NCBI RefSeq assembly: GCF_001194135.2
Contig: NC_068982.1
Span: 10,300,646-10,335,450, forward strand
DNA length: 34,805 nucleotides
Origin: Octopus bimaculoides
Lineage: Eukaryota
Direction of reading: 5' to 3'
Positions 30,572-34,805 of this stretch are shown in pieces. The position numbers and the translations under genes are program-made. The notes under the pieces are model-generated. The model did not search any database, was not told the origin of the DNA, and saw only the letters and a list, made by a program, of their open reading frames with translations. Numbering within the stretch: the first letter of the stretch is position 1; every line of letters begins with the position of its first letter.

Positions 30572-32283
30572 TGTAGCAAGCCAAATTAACTCCTGCCCAG
30601 ATGAAAACCGGCAATAGTTTGACCCAGGCGAGAGTATACCCCGGGGGATAAACCGACCTAGGCCAAACTATACTTGTGGGTGTAGAATAGCCTAGGCCAG
30701 ACTATACTTCTCTAGGCCAGAATATACCCATTTAACGTGATAGTCAATCTCAAACGATGCCTCGTTAATTAATGTGTATCAGCAGAGTTGTAAACTGTGA
30801 CTTGAGTTTAACAGTAAATTGATTGAGTTTTCAATTGTTATCAAGACATGACAAATATTTGCTATCTTTTTTGAGTAAGCTGCCACTAACCGAGGATATT
30901 CGTCCCGTTTAACTGAATCGGGGGATTCAAAATGGCGGCCACCTGACAATAATGCAAGCAGGGGAGCAGAGTTTGCTGGGGCAAGTCGGTATGGGTAATT
31001 TTCCAGGTTTTACATATTGCTTTTTATAATAGACGTATTTATACTATTTTATGATCTCTTTTAGACTATAGAATACCAGAAAAGGGTTTCCAACCATTCA
31101 TGATATTCTAAATGCTATTTTTAATAACTTACCACAGATTTATTTTAAAATTATGCAACTTCAAGTTTTCCCACCAGGGGCAACATAATTTAACATAGTA
31201 TGCCTTATCTTTTTATCTTCTTATTGCAACATACTCAAACACACATCTGCTACCTCTAACACCAAATTCTTTAGTTTGACAAACACAAAAGACCAACTGT
31301 ATGACCAGCTTATCCGATTCTACACTGTAACACAACAAAAGTATCCCCAGTAGTTCTATTATCTACATCCAGAGAAACGCGTAAATGTAAAGTCCCAGTT
31401 CAGACAAACAGCTAAGCCATATTGAGCAGAAGGAGGGATTCTTTACCATAAGCAAAACGAGGTTCTCATTAAAAGCCGACTGCCAAATTTCCTGAAGCTC
31501 TGTCATGACACCTCACTCTCTGGTGGCCATTTTGGCAGAGATGAACCATTAACCAAAATCTCTGACCGCTATTACTGGAAGGGAATGATGAATGACGTTC
31601 ACCAACATGACAAAGCCTGTCAAATATGTTTTGGCATAAATCCCAAAATTAGCCAGGAGGCTCTACCACTCGACAATATACCAGTGCCTGGAAAAGTATG
31701 GAGTTTAGTCGGAATTGATATGATTGGTCCCCTTCAGGAGACATCAAACAGCAACAAATTTGTAGTTGCTACTGTTGATCAGTTCTCCAAGTGGACTGAA
31801 GCAACAGTTGTTCCAGATAAAAGTACCAGGTCAGTAGCAAATTTTTTGTACTCCGCTATTTGCTGCCTTGGCTGTAATGGACACTCTGATTAACAACCAG
31901 AGACGAGAGTTTGTGAACTCGATTATCGACAACCTAATCAAACATTTCCAAGCAGATGACCGCATTTCATCTGCCTGCCACCACACACAAACGACCAGCG
32001 AGAACGTGACAATCAAACGCTTAAAGAATCTCTTTGTAACCTTGTGAATGATCAAGAAAACAAACTGGGACCAGTTTATCCCTTGTGTTTTTTTTTAATT
32101 AATTATCACGCATCTGGGCATACCTCAATCAAGTGCACTCCATTTGAGGTAATGTATGGACAGAAGGTCAAGTTTCCTGTGGACTTCAAACCCCCAGAAG
32201 ACAACCCTATGTTCTTTCCAGATGATGCAAACCCTTATGTGTTGGATACACTGACAATCATTCATAAAATGCTCCGAGCTGTC
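30572..32283 (+). mobile_element. Ginger-like DNA transposon remnant (Gypsy-type integrase only), 3' end missing
   Basis: Starts TGTAGC; four CCTAGGCCARACTATAC-type subterminal repeats (30623-30728); pseudo-ORF about 31275-32283 with QKYP..., H2C2 domain (CHDTSLSGGHFGRD...YYWKGM...CQIC), VGIDMIGPL, VDQFSKW, NNQRREF, QRERDNQTLK, TPFEVMYG. No RT/RNase H upstream and no LTR seen. Confidence 0.75.
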
Positions 32284-32423
32284 GGGTTCATTTTTAGTAT
32301 TCTCATTTGTGAGAGCAGTCGATTTTATTTCAGATATTCTCATTTTAAAAATCATCTTCCGCTAATCGTTGAGAGGACGTAGGTCTTGCCTTGGCGGAAG
32401 CTTGGGCTCTCCGAGTGCTCTTG

Positions 32424-32449
32424 TTGTCATTATTATTATTATTATTATT

Positions 32450-32517
<68 letters not shown>

Positions 32518-32545
32518 TATTACTATTATTAATAGTAGTAGTAGT
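32424..32545. repeat. (ATT)n(ATC)n(ATT)(AGT)n compound triplet microsatellite
   Basis: Direct reading. Confidence 0.97.
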
Positions 32546-32548
32546 ATT

Positions 32549-32663
32549 TGCCTTTCATTCTTTCGGGATCGATAAATTAAGTACCAATTACACACAGGAG
32601 TCGATATTATCAACTTGTCCACTCCCCGCAAAATGACTGCCCTTGTGGCAAAATTTGAAATCA

Positions 32664-32665
<2 letters not shown>
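32549..32665 (+). mobile_element. SINE family B 3' half, tail variant 3
   Basis: TTTGCCTTTCATTCTTTCGGGATCGATAAATTAAGTACCA...CCCTTGTGGCAAAATTTGAAATC then (ATT)n. Confidence 0.8.

Positions 32666-32757
<92 letters not shown>
32666..32757. repeat. (ATT)n(AGT)n microsatellite
   Basis: Direct reading. Confidence 0.97.
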
Positions 32758-32758
<1 letters not shown>

Positions 32759-32815
32759 TGCAAGCTTTCACTGCAATATTGAGTACAGCTCTTTGTGCCT
32801 TGAGCATGTGTAGTG
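32758..32815 (-). mobile_element. R4/Dong LINE 3' UTR remnant
   Basis: GCTTTCACTGCAATATTGAGTACAGCTCTTTGTGCCTTGAGCATGTG resembles 23416-23462 (GCTTTCACTTCACTACCGAGCGCAGCTCTGTGCGCCTTGGGTATGTG) and lies next to a triplet repeat. Confidence 0.55.
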
Positions 32816-33458
32816 TTCTGTTTTAGTTTCATTTTGTTTTTGCTTCTTTTCTTTCGAAGATGTATTACGAAATATCTGTTCAGTGGAAAGGTGGTGTGTT
32901 ATTTTATACATTTTGTGCATACACGCATCTCCTGGGGATTATTATGTATGTTTTATTTTATTTATTTTTTTTTTAGCGTACATACGCCCACTGTTAAGAG
33001 ATTGCTTCTCTCTTCAATCTCCGCAGTTCAGGTATCGCTATTTGTAGATATTTTTGTTTGGATGTTTTTTGTTTTCGATATATTTGAAAGATGAAATATC
33101 ATCTCTTGGCACTGGCAATGAGATGACGATACATTTCTTTAGCTGTCCTTGGCAACTATATTTGATTGATGAACTTCGAACTCCCTGCTTGTATGAATTG
33201 GCATATACTAAAGTTTGTTCGCTGTTTCCTTCTATAAGACCTTTTCAGATGTATGCTTATACCGCTTCTTTAAAGATGGTACTTCATAATGCTAGAATAA
33301 TCTCCAATATATAAGTGCTAACTCCGTAATATCTGTGGACAGAGTGTGCTGTTTTTATTAAGATTGGCTACCTAGAAATGAGTTGGTTGTTTCATTCCTA
33401 TAGATACACTGCTTGCTGTTACTCACTGCTCTGTGTTTCTTAATAAGCTGTTGATGGT

Positions 33459-33677
33459 TAAGGCAACGAGTTAGCAGAATCGTTGCCGCGCCAGAAATAA
33501 ATGTCCAGTGGCATTTCGTCCGAATTTACGTTCTCAGTTCAAATACCACCGAGGCTGACTTTGAGTTTTATCCCTTCTGCGTCGATAAAATAAGTACCAG
33601 TTGAGCACTGGAGTTGATGTAATCAACTTACCCCTTCTCTGACATTACTGGCCGTGTGCCAAAATTTTAGACCAATA
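33459..33677 (+). mobile_element. SINE family B, full length, diverged, tail variant 3
   Basis: TAAGGCAACGAGTTAGCAGAATCGTT...CAGTTCAAATACC...GTCGATAAAATAAGTACCAG...GTGTGCCAAAATTTTAG. Confidence 0.85.
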
Positions 33678-33799
33678 TGCCGTTTATAGTGTCTGTGATA
33701 TTACCTTGTCGTAATTTCAAGTCTTGCATTCCTCATCAAATGCGGCGAATTTTCGTCAACTACCAGCACCCTATTTAGACATATGCAAGAACATTTTTA

Positions 33800-34019
33800 T
33801 TACTCTTTTACTCTTTTACTTGTTTCAGTCATTTGACTGCGGCCATGCTGGAGCACCACCTTTAGTCGAGAAAATGGACCCCAGGACTTATTCTTTGTTA
33901 GCCTAGAACTTATTCTATCGGCCTCTTTTTGCCGAACCGCTAAGTTACGGGGATGTAAACACACCAGCATTAGTTGTCAAGCGATAGTGGGGGACAAACA
34001 CAGACACGCAAACACACAT

Positions 34020-34072
<53 letters not shown>

Positions 34073-34237
34073 TACGACGGACTTCTTTCAATTTCCGTCT
34101 ACCAAATCCACTCACAAGGCTTTGGTTGGCCCGAGGCTATAGTAGAAGACACTTGCCCAAGGTGCCACGCAGTGGGACTGAACCCGGAACCATGTGGCTG
34201 GTAAGCAAGCTACTTACCACACACCCACTCCTGCGTC
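33800..34237 (-). mobile_element. SINE family C, full length, (AAAAGAGT)n-type tail
   Basis: Least diverged C copy: head ACGCAGGAGTGGGTGTGTGGTAAG, B-box GGGTTCAGTCCC, internal (TA)/(CA) module, tail ACAAGTAAAAGAGTAAAAGAGT. Confidence 0.92.
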
Positions 34238-34577
34238 TATTATTTAAAATGACGTCATATAATGTCTATTTTAGCTAAAAATTTAACCTTTTATCAATTT
34301 CTGCTGTTTCATCATTTTTTTTATAACATTTTGTCGTTTCAGCTTTCGTTTTGTATTTGAAGATAGAAAACAGCTATTTCTTTTGTTCATATTTCCTAGC
34401 TCTTTCCATTCATTTGCTATAACTTATTATCTAATAGTTTTGTAATCCACCATTCATTACTTAATAATAATTTTCTAGTAGAGAAAATAATAGATATGTT
34501 CATTCTATTTTAGATTTTGCCTGCTGTGTTATAAATGCTGACATTGTTTCTTGTTTTTCTTCGCACATTTTACTTGG

Positions 34578-34591
34578 TTATTATTATTACG

Positions 34592-34645
<54 letters not shown>
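34578..34645. repeat. (TTA)n microsatellite
   Basis: Direct reading. Confidence 0.97.
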
Positions 34646-34805
34646 TTATGTTTGACTTTTGTTTTGCATTTGTACAAGTTGGATCCAAGTCTCACCCAGA
34701 GACCTCAAGAGACAACAAGTTAGAAGTTCATGTAGGTGTTATGCCTAGGGTACCATATATTTGGATTTGTACAGTTTTGTTCAAGTGAATGTTTAAGAAA
34801 CCATA
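34646..34805 (-). mobile_element. Probable R4/Dong LINE 3' UTR next to (TAA)n, running off the window
   Basis: 34753-34800 resembles 23889-23937 (CAT..ATT.G..TTTGTAC...GTT...GAATGTTTAA); same geometry relative to (TTA)n. Confidence 0.55.

Noticed and set aside
31585-32382. Gypsy LTR retrotransposon or domesticated GIN gene
   Set aside because: No RT, RNase H or LTR; multiple stops and frameshifts exclude a functional gene.
32860-33330. Minus-strand lysine/arginine-rich peptide fragments as a LINE ORF relic
   Set aside because: No diagnostic motif recognised; left unassigned.

Overview
AT-rich eukaryotic genomic DNA from a gapped short-read scaffold (six N gaps, mostly at microsatellites, plus an Illumina adapter remnant). 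The repeat families look like those of coleoid cephalopods, probably Octopus; this is inferred from recalled SINE and repeat sequences, not from a search. No intact protein-coding gene, tRNA/rRNA gene or CRISPR array can be supported. The window is a graveyard of nested mobile elements: three families of tRNA-derived SINEs (my labels A, B, C; about 15 copies with swappable 3' modules), RTE and R4/Dong LINE fragments sitting in (ATGT)n and (TAA)n tracts, a Penelope GIY-YIG fragment, Tigger/pogo, mariner and Tc1-like remnants with MITEs, a Helitron helicase fragment and an integrase-only Ginger-like transposon. Highlights: (1) a 272-bp palindromic element at 25.7-26.0 kb with an 11-bp target-site duplication and a decayed minimal type-I hammerhead ribozyme on each arm, with related hammerhead-like cassettes at 6.1 and 16.7 kb; (2) a LINE-like 3' end encoding three tandem C2H2 fingers; (3) a few weak orphan exon candidates on the minus strand that may belong to a large-intron host gene.
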